Shown: positions 12,501-24,670 of the stretch, in pieces
Position numbering within the stretch: position 1 is the first letter of the stretch
Layout: each line of letters opens with the position of its first letter
DNA from: Macrostomum hystrix
Taxonomy: Eukaryota > Animalia > Platyhelminthes
DNA length: 64,000 nucleotides
NCBI GenBank assembly: GCA_950097015.1
Contig: CATNEN010000039.1
Span: 1-64,000 of the forward strand
Direction: 5' to 3'
The notes under the pieces: model-generated
What the model was told of the DNA's origin: nothing
Seen by the model: only the letters and a program-made list of their open reading frames with translations
Databases searched by the model: none
Position numbers and translations under genes: made by a program

Positions 12501-15500
12501 TGACAAGTTAGGTAGCCGCTCAGAGCCCAAGTTGGCTCCCAAAAGAAAATCTCGGGGGACTCAACCGGAATCTATAGAGCATCGCCAGGCCTTTCGAACG
12601 ACACCAAAATCAGTTCCCTAGGACCTCGGGAACTGTCTCGAATCGGCCCGAGAAGGATGTAGGAAGCATTGACTTTATGGAAAGTCAAAGACATTGACGG
12701 ATAACAAGTCAAACTCATGGAATTCTAAAAAAAGCCACAACTTTCTGTCCCTGACCATCTAGAGGCGCCGGACTGGCGCCTCTAGACTCGGGGCGTCAAC
12801 CTCTAGTCGAGAAATGTCATTTCCAACATTGCCCACCAATGACGGAAATTTCGACCTTGGCAAATTTTCGACTTAATATTGCTCTTTGACAAGTTAGGTA
12901 GCCGCTCAGAGCCCAAGTTGGCCTCCCAAAAGAAAATCTCGGGGGACTCAACCGGAATCTATAGAGCATCGCCAGGCCTTTCGAACGACACCAAAATCAG
13001 TTCCCTAGGACCTCGGGAACTGTCTCGAATCGGCCCGAGAAGGATGTAGGAAGCATTGACTTTATGGAAAGTCAAAGACATTGACGGATAACAAGTCAAA
13101 CTCATGGAATTCTAAAAAAAGCCACAACTTTCTGTCCCGACCATCTAGAGGCGCCGGACTGGCGCCTCTAGACTCGGGGCGTCAACCTCTAGTCGAGAAA
13201 TGTCATTTCCAACATTGCCCACCAATGACGGAAATTTCGACCTTGGCAAATTTTCGACTTAATATTGCTCTTTGACAAGTTAGGTAGCCGCTCAGAGCCC
13301 AAGTTGGCTCCCAAAAGAAAATCTCGGGGGACTCAACCGGAATCTATAGAGCATCGCCAGGCCTTTCGAACGACACCAAAATCAGTTCCCTAGGACCTCG
13401 GGAACTGTCTCGAATCGGCCCGAGAAGGATGTAGGAAGCATTGACTTTATGGAAAGTCAAAGACATTGACGGATAACAAGTCAAACTCATGGAATTCTAA
13501 AAAAAGCCACAACTTTCTGTCCTGACCATCTAGAGGCGCCGGACTGGCGCCTCTAGACTCGGGGCGTCAACCTCTAGTCGAGAAATGTCATTTCCAACAT
13601 TGCCCACCAATGACGGAAATTTCGACCTTGGCAAATTTTCGACTTAATATTGCTCTTTGACAAGTTAGGTAGCCGCTCAGAGCCCAAGTTGGCTCCCAAA
13701 AGAAAATCTCGGGGGACTCAACCGGAATCTATAGAGCATCGCCAGGCCTTTCGAACGACACCAAAATCAGTTCCCTAGGACCTCGGGAACCGTCTCGAAT
13801 CGGCCCGAGAAGGATGTAGGAAGCATTGACTTTATGGAAAGTCAAAGACATTGACGGATAACAAGTCAAACTCATGGAATTCTAAAAAAAGCCACAACTT
13901 TCTGTCCCGACCATCTAGAGGCGCCGGACTGGCGCCTCTAGACTCGGGGCGTCAACCTCTAGTCGAGAAATGTCATTTCCAACATTGCCCACCAATGACG
14001 GAAATTTCGACCTTGGCAAATTTTCGACTTAATATTGCTCTTTGACAAGTTAGGTAGCCGCTCAGAGCCCAAGTTGGCTCCCAAAAGAAAATCTCGGGGG
14101 ACTCAACCGGAATCTATAGAGCATCGCCAGGCCTTTCGAACGACACCAAAATCAGTTCCCTAGGACCTCGGGAACTGTCTCGAATCGGCCCGAGAAGGAT
14201 GTAGGAAGCATTGACTTTATGGAAAGTCAAAGACATTGACGGATAACAAGTCAAACTCATGGAATTCTAAAAAAAGCCACAACTTTCTGTCCCTGACCAT
14301 CTAGAGGCGCCGGACTGGCGCCTCTAGACTCGGGGCGTCAACCTCTAGTCGAGAAATGTCATTTCCAACATTGCCCACCAATGACGGAAATTTCGACCTT
14401 GGCAAATTTTCGACTTAATATTGCTCTTTGACAAGTTAGGTAGCCGCTCAGAGCCCAAGTTGGCTCCCAAAAGAAAATCTCGGGGGACTCAACCGGAATC
14501 TATAGAGCATCGCCAGGCCTTTCGAACGACACCAAAATCAGTTCCCTAGGACCTCGGGAACTGTCTCGAATCGGCCCGAGAAGGATGTAGGAAGCATTGA
14601 CTTTATGGAAAGTCAAAGACATTGACGGATAACAAGTCAAACTCATGGAATTCTAAAAAAAGCCACAACTTTCTGTCCCTGACCATCTAGAGGCGCCGGA
14701 CTGGCGCCTCTAGACTCGGGGCGTCAACCTCTAGTCGAGAAATGTCATTTCCAACATTGCCCACCAATGACGGAAATTTCGACCTTGGCAAATTTTCGAC
14801 TTAATATTGCTCTTTGACAAGTTAGGTAGCCGCTCAGAGCCCAAGTTGGCTCCCAAAAGAAAATCTCGGGGGACTCAACCGGAATCTATAGAGCATCGCC
14901 AGGCCTTTCGAACGACACCAAAATCAGTTCCCTAGGACCTCGGGAACTGTCTCGAATCGGCCCGAGAAGGATGTAGGAAGCATTGACTTTATGGAAAGTC
15001 AAAGACATTGACGGATAACAAGTCAAACTCATGGAATTCTAAAAAAAGCCACAACTTTCTGTCCTGACCATCTAGAGGCGCCGGACTGGCGCCTCTAGAC
15101 TCGGGGCGTCAACCTCTAGTCGAGAAATGTCATTTCCAACATTGCCCACCAATGACGGAAATTTCGACCTTGGCAAATTTTCGACTTAATATTGCTCTTT
15201 GACAAGTTAGGTAGCCGCTCAGAGCCCAAGTTGGCTCCCAAAAGAAAATCTCGGGGGACTCAACCGGAATCTATAGAGCATCGCCAGGCCTTTCGAACGA
15301 CACCAAAATCAGTTCCCTAGGACCTCGGGAACTGTCTCGAATCGGCCCGAGAAGGATGTAGGAAGCATTGACTTTATGGAAAGTCAAAGACATTGACGGA
15401 TAACAAGTCAAACTCATGGAATTCTAAAAAAAGCCACAACTTTCTGTCCTGACCATCTAGAGGCGCCGGACTGGCGCCTCTAGACTCGGGGCGTCAACCT

Positions 15501-17890
15501 CTAGTCGAGAAATGTCATTTCCAACATTGCCCACCAATGACGGAAATTTCGACCTTGGCAAATTTTCGACTTAATATTGCTCTTTGACAAGTTAGGTAGC
15601 CGCTCAGAGCCCAAGTTGGCTCCCAAAAGAAAATCTCGGGGGACTCAACCGGAATCTATAGAGCATCGCCAGGCCTTTCGAACGACACCAAAATCAGTTC
15701 CCTAGGACCTCGGGAACCGTCTCGAATCGGCCCGAGAAGGATGTAGGAAGCATTGACTTTATGGAAAGTCAAAGACATTGACGGATAACAAGTCAAACTC
15801 ATGGAATTCTAAAAAAAGCCACAACTTTCTGTCCCGACCATCTAGAGGCGCCGGACTGGCGCCTCTAGACTCGGGGCGTCAACCTCTAGTCGAGAAATGT
15901 CATTTCCAACATTGCCCACCAATGACGGAAATTTCGACCTTGGCAAATTTTCGACTTAATATTGCTCTTTGACAAGTTAGGTAGCCGCTCAGAGCCCAAG
16001 TTGGCTCCCAAAAGAAAATCTCGGGGGACTCAACCGGAATCTATAGAGCATCGCCAGGCCTTTCGAACGACACCAAAATCAGTTCCCTAGGACCTCGGGA
16101 ACCTGTCTCGAATCGGCCCGAGAAGGATGTAGGAAGCATTGACTTTATGGAAAGTCAAAGACATTGACGGATAACAAGTCAAACTCATGGAATTCTAAAA
16201 AAAAGCCACAACTTTCTGTCCCTGACCATCTAGAGGCGCCGGACTGGCGCCTCTAGACTCGGGGCGTCAACCTCTAGTCGAGAAATGTCATTTCCAACAT
16301 TGCCCACCAATGACGGAAATTTCGACCTTGGCAAATTTTCGACTTAATATTGCTCTTTGACAAGTTAGGTAGCCGCTCAGAGCCCAAGTTGGCCTCCCAA
16401 AAGAAAATCTCGGGGGACTCAACCGGAATCTATAGAGCATCGCCAGGCCTTTCGAACGACACCAAAATCAGTTCCCTAGGACCTCGGGAACTGTCTCGAA
16501 TCGGCCCGAGAAGGATGTAGGAAGCATTGACTTTATGGAAAGTCAAAGACATTGACGGATAACAAGTCAAACTCATGGAATTCTAAAAAAAGCCACAACT
16601 TTCTGTCCCGACCATCTAGAGGCGCCGGACTGGCGCCTCTAGACTCGGGGCGTCAACCTCTAGTCGAGAAATGTCATTTCCAACATTGCCCACCAATGAC
16701 GGAAATTTCGACCTTGGCAAATTTTCGACTTAATATTGCTCTTTGACAAGTTAGGTAGCCGCTCAGAGCCCAAGTTGGCCTCCCAAAAGAAAATCTCGGG
16801 GGACTCAACCGGAATCTATAGAGCATCGCCAGGCCTTTCGAACGACACCAAAATCAGTTCCCTAGGACCTCGGGAACTGTCTCGAATCGGCCCGAGAAGG
16901 ATGTAGGAAGCATTGACTTTATGGAAAGTCAAAGACATTGACGGATAACAAGTCAAACTCATGGAATTCTAAAAAAAGCCACAACTTTCTGTCCTGACCA
17001 TCTAGAGGCGCCGGACTGGCGCCTCTAGACTCGGGGCGTCAACCTCTAGTCGAGAAATGTCATTTCCAACATTGCCCACCAATGACGGAAATTTCGACCT
17101 TGGCAAATTTTCGACTTAATATTGCTCTTTGACAAGTTAGGTAGCCGCTCAGAGCCCAAGTTGGCTCCCAAAAGAAAATCTCGGGGGACTCAACCGGAAT
17201 CTATAGAGCATCGCCAGGCCTTTCGAACGACACCAAAATCAGTTCCCTAGGACCTCGGGAACCGTCTCGAATCGGCCCGAGAAGGATGTAGGAAGCATTG
17301 ACTTTATGGAAAGTCAAAGACATTGACGGATAACAAGTCAAACTCATGGAATTCTAAAAAAAGCCACAACTTTCTGTCCCGACCATCTAGAGGCGCCGGA
17401 CTGGCGCCTCTAGACTCGGGGCGTCAACCTCTAGTCGAGAAATGTCATTTCCAACATTGCCCACCAATGACGGAAATTTCGACCTTGGCAAATTTTCGAC
17501 TTAATATTGCTCTTTGACAAGTTAGGTAGCCGCTCAGAGCCCAAGTTGGCTCCCAAAAGAAAATCTCGGGGGACTCAACCGGAATCTATAGAGCATCGCC
17601 AGGCCTTTCGAACGACACCAAAATCAGTTCCCTAGGACCTCGGGAACTGTCTCGAATCGGCCCGAGAAGGATGTAGGAAGCATTGACTTTATGGAAAGTC
17701 AAAGACATTGACGGATAACAAGTCAAACTCATGGAATTCTAAAAAAAGCCACAACTTTCTGTCCTGACCATCTAGAGGCGCCGGACTGGCGCCTCTAGAC
17801 TCGGGGCGTCAACCTCTAGTCGAGAAATGTCATTTCCAACATTGCCCACCAATGACGGAAATTTCGACCTTGGCAAATTTTCGACTTAAT
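9589..17890 (+). repeat. 385-bp satellite, ~21.5 nearly identical monomers, each with a 12-bp perfect hairpin
   Basis: Period 385-387 bp (identical ORFs at 10381, 11152, 13081, 13851 etc.); hairpin TCTAGAGGCGCC-GGACT-GGCGCCTCTAGA, first at 9673-9701. Confidence 0.98.
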
Positions 17891-18528
17891 TTGTACCATG
17901 CAACAATTTTCATTGCAACAAAGTATGTAGTTGAATGACTACAGCGTAGTAGTATAGCTATGAGACAAGTACCTTATGTTGTTTTTAATCTATTCTTGAA
18001 CGATTAATTATAGTTTATACTTATATTTGAACAATTTCATTTCCTTTACTCGTATCGGTTGTCAGTAAATGTTGTCAGTCATTGTGTTGAATTAAATTCG
18101 ATACAACCTTGTCACAGGAAAACACATCTTTTAATGGTTGTTTTTATAATATCCCATGACCCAGTTATGGGTTGGTGCACTTCAGAGAAACTGGGCAGCT
18201 TCGCTTTTCATGAAAGTGTCGCCGTATTCGCTGGCAGCTTGCAGACACTATGCGGCTATGCGGCTGATGTGATAATCGGCTAATCGTAACTGCTTTGGGC
18301 CTGCAGTAGATGCATTTCGTAGGAAGCACCCTACTCGAACATGAAGATGACAGACAGGTTAGAGAGTAGTAGGTGGCAACCCAAATGAGAAATTCTGTTA
18401 TTACAACTACGATATGACATGTCCTGCGTGCACTTTTTGTGAACTTTTTATGCTTTGAACAATTCTTGCGCCATATTTTGGCATCGGTAAAGTCTCCAAC
18501 TGCTCCGAAATGAAAACTTCCTCCCTTT

Positions 18529-19278
18529 TTGCTCTTTGACAAGTTAGGTAGCCGCTCAGAGCCCAAGTTGGCACCCAATAGACAATCTCGGGGGACTCAA
18601 CCGGAATCTATAGAGCATCGCCAGGCCTTTCGAACGACACCAAAATCAGTTCCCGGGGACCTCGGGAACTGTCTCGAATCGGCCCGAGAAGGATGTAGGA
18701 AGCATTGACTTTATGGAAAGTCAAGGACATTGACTGATAACAAGTCAAACTCATGAAATTCTAAAAATAGCCACAACTTTCTGTCCCGACCATCTAGAGG
18801 TGCCGGACTGGCGCCTCTAGACTCAGGGCGTCAACCTCTAGTCGAGAAATGTCATTTCCAACATTGCCCGCCAATGACTGAAATTTCGATTTGGTCAATT
18901 TTCGAATAAGTATTGCTCTTGACAAGTTAGGTAGCCGCTCAGAGCCCAAGTTGGCACCCAATAGACAATCTCGGGGGACTCAACCGGAATCTATAGAACA
19001 TCGCCAGGCCTTTCGAACGACACCAAAATCAGTTCCCGGGGACCTCGGGAACTGTCTCGAATCGGCCGGCCCGAGATTAAGGATGTAGGAAGCATTGACT
19101 TTATGGAAAGTCAAGGACATTGACTGATAACAAGTCAAACTCATGAAACTCTAAAAATAGCCACAACTTTCTGTCCCGACCATCTAGAGGCGCCGGACTG
19201 GCGCCTCTAGACTCGGGGCGTCAACCTCTAGTCGAGAAATGTCATTTCCAACATTGCCCACCAATGACGGAAATTTGG
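18529..19278 (+). repeat. Two diverged monomers of the 385-bp satellite
   Basis: Same sequence with several substitutions (e.g. GGCACCCAATAGACAATC vs GGCTCCCAAAAGAAAATC); resumes in the register at which the main array stops. Confidence 0.95.
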
Positions 19279-19983
19279 ATATGGATAATTGGATAAAATG
19301 CGCTGTATCCAGCTCTATCCTGGCCTTTGACCGGATATCCTGGCCAGGATAGCAAATATCCCGGAAAATATACCTGTGTTTTTTGGAGGGTTGGATTTAT
19401 CGGTCTATGCAAACACTTTTTGTTAATGTCTTCTGGTCTACTCGGAGATTCAGAGACCTACTCGCTGAGATTGCTATGGTGTCAATTTAATTGACCTAAG
19501 ACTGACATTCTTCTTTTGCTAAATCGCGATGTTTATAGTTCAAAATTTCTTATCTTCTGTTTGTTTATTTTTAGCAAAAGTACATTTAGCAAAATCGAGC
19601 AAAATGTATACGACCTATATGTTTCAGCTTTAGTTATTGTATATAATAGAACAATTGACAAGTGCCTCGTTAACTACTTGCGTCAGTCTCGTGTGAAGCC
19701 AAGCGCAGTTTAACTGATATTGCACAGCAAAAGCGTAAAAAACTAAGTTACCAACAAATTGAGGCAGTGTGTAATTTTCTCTAAGTTAAAATCTGTTTCT
19801 ACTACATATTGATATTTTTATATCGTTTCTATTGTTCGAATTTGCAAAGCAAAGTTTTAATTTGTTAATAAAAGACATTACTTTGCTTTGTCCATTGCTT
19901 TAATTGCTTTTTAAATTGTCTTGCTGTACGCGCACGCGCTTCGCTTATCACTCCCACTCGCACCTTGAACAATGAACTATAAG

Positions 19984-21755
19984 AAATGGCTTTGAGATTT
20001 CACTAGTGGAACCTAGTATATTATTTTTGTTATGTAATTGGTTTGTATCCTAATTGATTTTTATTGAACATATTTTAAATGAATATATTTTTATAGAAAA
20101 TATGTATAAAATCTTAGCTTAGACGTCTATCTACACCAAAGAGTACTAGACTTAGACTTAGAGTTGAAAAGTGGAGGTTGGACTTTTGGCAATTGAAACA
20201 ATTATCCTTATTGGTTTTTATTGAACATATTTTAAATGAATATATATTTATAGAAAATATGTATAAAATCTTAGACGTCTATCTACACCAAAGACTACCA
20301 TTGACTACCTTTAGATAGAATGCTACTAACCTATAAACTTTAGACTCCTAGCATAGTTAAAATCATTCTTTAAGGATTTGGAGCTAAAAGACGTTACTTT
20401 TTTTACTTAGACTTAGACTTAGACTTGAAAAGTGGAGCTTGGACTTTTGGCAATTGAAAGCAATTTCTTAGACTTAGATTTAGACTTAGAGTTGAAAAGT
20501 GGAGCTTGGACTTTTGGCAATTGAAAGCAATTTCTTAGACTTAGACTTCAACTTAGAGTTGAAAAGTGGAGCTTGGACTTTTGGCAATTAAAAGCAATTT
20601 CTTAGACTTAGACTTAGAGTTGAAAAGTGGAGCTAGGACTTTTGGCAATTGAAAGCAATTTCTTAGACTTAGACTTCAACTTAGAGTTGAAAAGTGGAGC
20701 TTGGACTTTTGGCAATTAAAAGCAGTTAAAAGCAATTGATAAAATGGCTTTGAGATTTCACTAGTGGAACCTAGTATATTATTTTTGTTATGTAATTGGT
20801 TTGTATCCTAATTGATTTTTATTGAACATATTTTAAATGAATATATTTTTATAGAAAATATGTATAAAATCTTAGCTTAGACGTCTATCTACACCAAAGA
20901 GTACTAGACTTAGACTTAGAGTTGAAAAGTGGAGGTTGGACTTTTGGCAATTGAAACAATTATCCTTATTGGTTTTTATTGAACATATTTTAAATGAATA
21001 TATATTTATAGAAAATATGTATAAAATCTTAGACGTCTATCTACTCCAAAGACTACCATTGACTACCTTTAAATAGAATGCTACTAACCTATAAACTTTA
21101 GACTCCTAGCATAGTTAAAATCATTCTTTAAGGATTTGGAGCTAAAAGACGTTACTTTTTTTACTTAGACTTAGACTTAGACTTGAAAAGTGGAGCTTGG
21201 ACTTTTGGCAATTGAAAGCAATTTCTTAGACTTAGACTTAGACTTAGAGTTGAAAAGTGGAGCTTGGACTTTTGGCAGTTGAAAGCAATTTCTTAGACCT
21301 AGATTTAGACTTAGAGTTGAAAAGTGGAGCTTGGACTTTTGGCAATTGAAAGCAATTTCTTAGACTTAGACTTCAACTTAGAGTTGAAAAGTGGAGCTTG
21401 GACTTTTGGCAATTAAAAGCAATTTCTTAGACTTAGACTTAGAGTTGAAAAGTGGAGCTTGGACTTTTGGCAATTGAAAGCAATTTCTTAGACTTAGACT
21501 TCAACTTAGAGTTGAAAAGTGGAGCTTGGACTTTTGGCAATTAAAAGCAATTTCTTAGACTTAGACTTAGAGTTGAAAAGTGGAGCTAGGACTTTTGGCA
21601 ATTGAAAGCAATTTCTTAGACTTAGACTTCAACTTAGAGTTGAAAAGTGGAGCTTGGACTTTTGGCAATTAAAAGCAATTTCTTAGACTTAGACTTAGAG
21701 TTGAAAAGTGGAGCTTAGACTTCTGGCAATTAAAAGCAGTTAAAAGCAATTGATA
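19984..21755 (+). repeat. AT-rich compound repeat: ~758-bp duplication containing 49/55-bp subrepeats (CTTAGA)2-3-GTTGAAAAGTGGAGCTTGGACTTTTGGCAATTGAAAGCAATTT
   Basis: AAATGGCTTTGAGATTTC starts at 19984 and again at 20742; the second copy has more subrepeats. Confidence 0.9.
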
Positions 21756-22283
21756 ATATTAGCTATGCATGAAATGCTACACAAAATCAAGAGGCTGGTG
21801 ATAACTCCATTTAGTTTTACTATTTGTTCGCAGAAATTATCATCTTTTGAATGGTGTGCAGTAGATAGTTTAAATTATTGCAATTGCAACTATTCAAAAG
21901 GGGATTGATTGTTAGACCTGAATGTATTCAACAGGAACTGATTATCACATCAGCTGTAATATTCAAAGGGGCATTCATTGAAATGATATATTTGAAGAGG
22001 GTTGATTGTAGTATAATGATTTTATGCTCCTAACATGGCCATTTAGGCCCCTATCATATTTAAAATCATTCTTGTCTTTTATTGTTATCTAATTCTTATA
22101 TCTATAGTATCCATATAGGAGATTACATTAACCTGAGAGTAATTTCTTAGACTTGAAAAGTGGAACTTGAACTTTTGGCAATCAGAAGTAATATTGATAA
22201 TATTAGCTACACAAAATCAAGAGGCTGGAGATACTCTATTAAGTTTTACTATTTGTTTGCAGCATCAGCATCATTAAAACGCC

Positions 22284-23547
22284 ATGGCAACCATCCTTGA
22301 TATATTGCGAGTGGGGCCGCTGCCTCTCGATCGTATTATGGGCCGCCCATTGGCTCCCTTGCAAATGTGCCCAATTAATAGTGCCTGCTTTATCACCTGT
22401 AAAGCGAAGGACGTCGTGCGGCTGCTCTGCCCGTGCCTTAGAAATACCCAAGCTGCCGGCGCATCAGGCAAAAGCATGGCATATACATCAGGGGATGCTG
22501 TAAGTCTGTATTTGATCTGCTCTGAAATGTAAATGTAAATGTCTTTTACAACCATATTGATGTTATTATTATTATTGTAGTTAATAATTTTAATATTAAT
22601 TTTATTATTTTAAAAAATTGGATATAAACGAATTTTAATTTAATTCCATTTAATTCCAAAAGTCGCAGCGTAGTATAGCCCTGGATAGCCCTAGAAGCAT
22701 AGCCCTGGATTTCTTAGACTTAATAAGTAAAACTTGGACTTTTGGCAATCAGAAGTCAAATCCCTAAATTTCTTAGACCTAAAAAATTAAACTTGGACTT
22801 CTGGCTGTCGAAAGTCAAAGCCCTCGATTTCTTTGACTTGAAAAGTGAAAGCCTTAACTTTGACTTGCCTTTCTCCTTCAGGTGCTTCAGTACTTTCCGG
22901 ATCAGGCATACTGCCTGTATCGGCACGGAGTCGGCAGTTTAAAACAACTGCTCAGAGCCTTGGGCAGGCCTGCCGCCCCAGCCGCCCCTGCCGCCCCTGC
23001 CGCCCCTGCCGCTCCTGCCGTGCAAGGCAATGCCCCAACGCCTGCTGCAAGGGCGTCTGGGGCAATATCTCAAGCACTTAATGTGTTTACGCTTGAGGCC
23101 GGGGAGCACTTCGGCGGACTCCTTCCGCCATTATCACAGCCGGTAGCAGAAATGCTACGGGCTGTGATTATGTGTCTGGAAAGGAGGGACGCGCAACGGC
23201 TCCTATGTCTGGCGAAGGCCACTGCCGAGGTGACGGCGCTGGCTATTGGTGCAGCTGCTGCATCAGCTGCAGCTGATGCCCCTCCTCATCCCGCCAACGC
23301 CGATCCCGCCGACGCCGATCCCGCCGACGCCAATCCGGCCGATCCCGCCGACGCCGATCCGGATGCTACAATTCCCGCCGACGCCGATCCGGATGCTACA
23401 ATTCCCGCCGCCCTACCACCGGACCAGTTTGGCGGGGCCGGTCCCGGCCCGTCGGCGGTAGCGGAGGACGAGGAGGAAGTAGAAGAAGAGCAGCAGCCGA
23501 GGGCCAAGAGGCAAAATACTGGCCGAAGGAAGAAGCGACGTCGCTAA
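22284..23547 (+). CDS. Predicted 2-exon gene join(22284..22499,22882..23547), 293 aa; BRO-N-like N-terminus, Ala/Pro/Asp low-complexity linkers, acidic patch, basic NLS-like C-terminus
   Basis: Donor GCT|GTAAGT at 22500 and acceptor TTCTCCTTCAG| at 22881 join two ORFs in phase 0; upstream acceptor-like TTTGTTTGCAG at 22262; motif AKDVVRLL..RNT; tail PRAKRQNTGRRKKRRR. Gene model is fairly good, domain call tentative. Confidence 0.6.
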
Positions 23548-23560
23548 ACTATTTTAAGTC

Positions 23561-24670
23561 TCAAAGAACTTGCACATTAGTTGCAACTAAATTACTAATA
23601 GTTGCATTATCTTCCTGCGCGGCAATCAGTCGCTCTTTTGTTACCGGCATGTGAAGAAAGTCAGTGAGCAGTTTCCGACAGGGAATTTCTTCTTCGTCAT
23701 CACTGAAGTAGTCTCTCGCATCTTCATATAACCCTTCATCTTCACTGTCACCATCATAGGTGTCTTCGATAATGTCTTCTACTGCGTCCTCAAAGATCTC
23801 CGTATCAGCGTAGCCACTCTCAATTAGGCTATTTTTATCACTCAAATTTTCAATTTCATCTTCAATAAGACGCCAGTCTTCGAGACTACCTCGAGACACA
23901 TAATGATCCGATGACATCTCCAACTTTTCGCTTCCTGTTTCAACTACTTCTTCCTCTCCCTTGGAAACTTCCTCGTAGACTTCTTCATGTTCAGATTCAG
24001 CTCCTTGCTCAATAGACTCGACTGCTGATAAGTTAATTTCCGCTTCTTTCTCATCAACCTCAGGCTCATACTCAAATTCTTTGTATTCTTCGTCAAGCTC
24101 AGCTTCAGACTTGTTACTCTCTTCATCAGCCGCAACTTCGGATTCTTCTAATTCTTCATCAGGCTCAAATTCAGATGCTCTTATTTCAAATTCTCCTTCA
24201 TCAGATTCAGCTTCGGATTCTTCTTCATCATACTCAGCTTCGAGTTCTTTAGACTCCTCTTCATCAGACTCAACTTCGGATTCATTAAATTCTTCTTCAT
24301 CAGACTCAGCTTCATTAAACTCTTCTTCATCAGACTCAGCTTCGGATTCTTTAAATTCTTCTTCATCAGACTCAGCTTCGGATTCATTAAATTCTTCTTC
24401 ATCAGACTCAGCTCCGGATTCATTAAATTCTTCTTCATCAGACTCAGCTTCATTAAACTCTTCTTCATCAGACTCAGCTTCGGATTCTTTAAATTCAGAC
24501 TCTTCTGAGTCCTTTTCTTTTTCTTCTTCACTACTACTATCTCTGAGCAATCTTTCACATTTCAATGCTGAGTTGATGATATTCTGTAAATTATCTGAGG
24601 CCAAAATTTCGCTAATAGTTACTCTAGAGGATCGGGGCCTCTCTGCTCGATCCTCGCTTTTCAGTTTCCC
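23561..24670 (-). CDS. ORF2 in the -1 frame after gag: ~367-aa Glu/Asp/Ser-rich protein with EAESDEEEF(N/K)E(S) repeats; probably expressed as a Gag fusion
   Basis: Open frame 23561..24739 overlaps the gag end in the -1 frame; no DSG/DTG protease, YxDD RT or integrase core motif seen. Confidence 0.7.
   Translation of the reverse strand, partial: GKLKSEDRAERPRSSRVTISEILASDNLQNIINSALKCERLLRDSSSEEEKEKDSEESEFKESEAESDEEEFNEAESDEEEFNESGAESDEEEFNESEAESDEEEFKESEAESDEEEFNEAESDEEEFNESEVESDEEESKELEAEYDEEESEAESDEGEFEIRASEFEPDEELEESEVAADEESNKSEAELDEEYKEFEYEPEVDEKEAEINLSAVESIEQGAESEHEEVYEEVSKGEEEVVETGSEKLEMSSDHYVSRGSLEDWRLIEDEIENLSDKNSLIESGYADTEIFEDAVEDIIEDTYDGDSEDEGLYEDARDYFSDDEEEIPCRKLLTDFLHMPVTKERLIAAQEDNATISNLVATNVQVL
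24627..24670 (-). promoter_or_regulatory. -1 programmed ribosomal frameshift signal
   Basis: Heptamer G GGA AAC (24670-24664) directly before the gag TGA; 8-nt spacer; 8-bp stem GAGGATCG/CGATCCTC (24655-24627) with 13-nt loop. Confidence 0.8.

Noticed and set aside
10381-17517. Seven identical 64-aa ORFs (MTDNKSNSW...)
   Set aside because: They are the 385-bp satellite read from a TTG start; a C/T variant creates a stop in alternate monomers; no coding features
20140-21720. (TTAGAC)2-3 as an alternative telomere motif
   Set aside because: Only 2-3 copies inside a longer subrepeat; the real telomeric motif here is TTAGGG
19280-23560. Search for the 3' LTR and target-site duplication of the Gypsy-like element
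   Set aside because: No second copy of the 25841-26438 sequence seen in the window, so element end and TSD cannot be called
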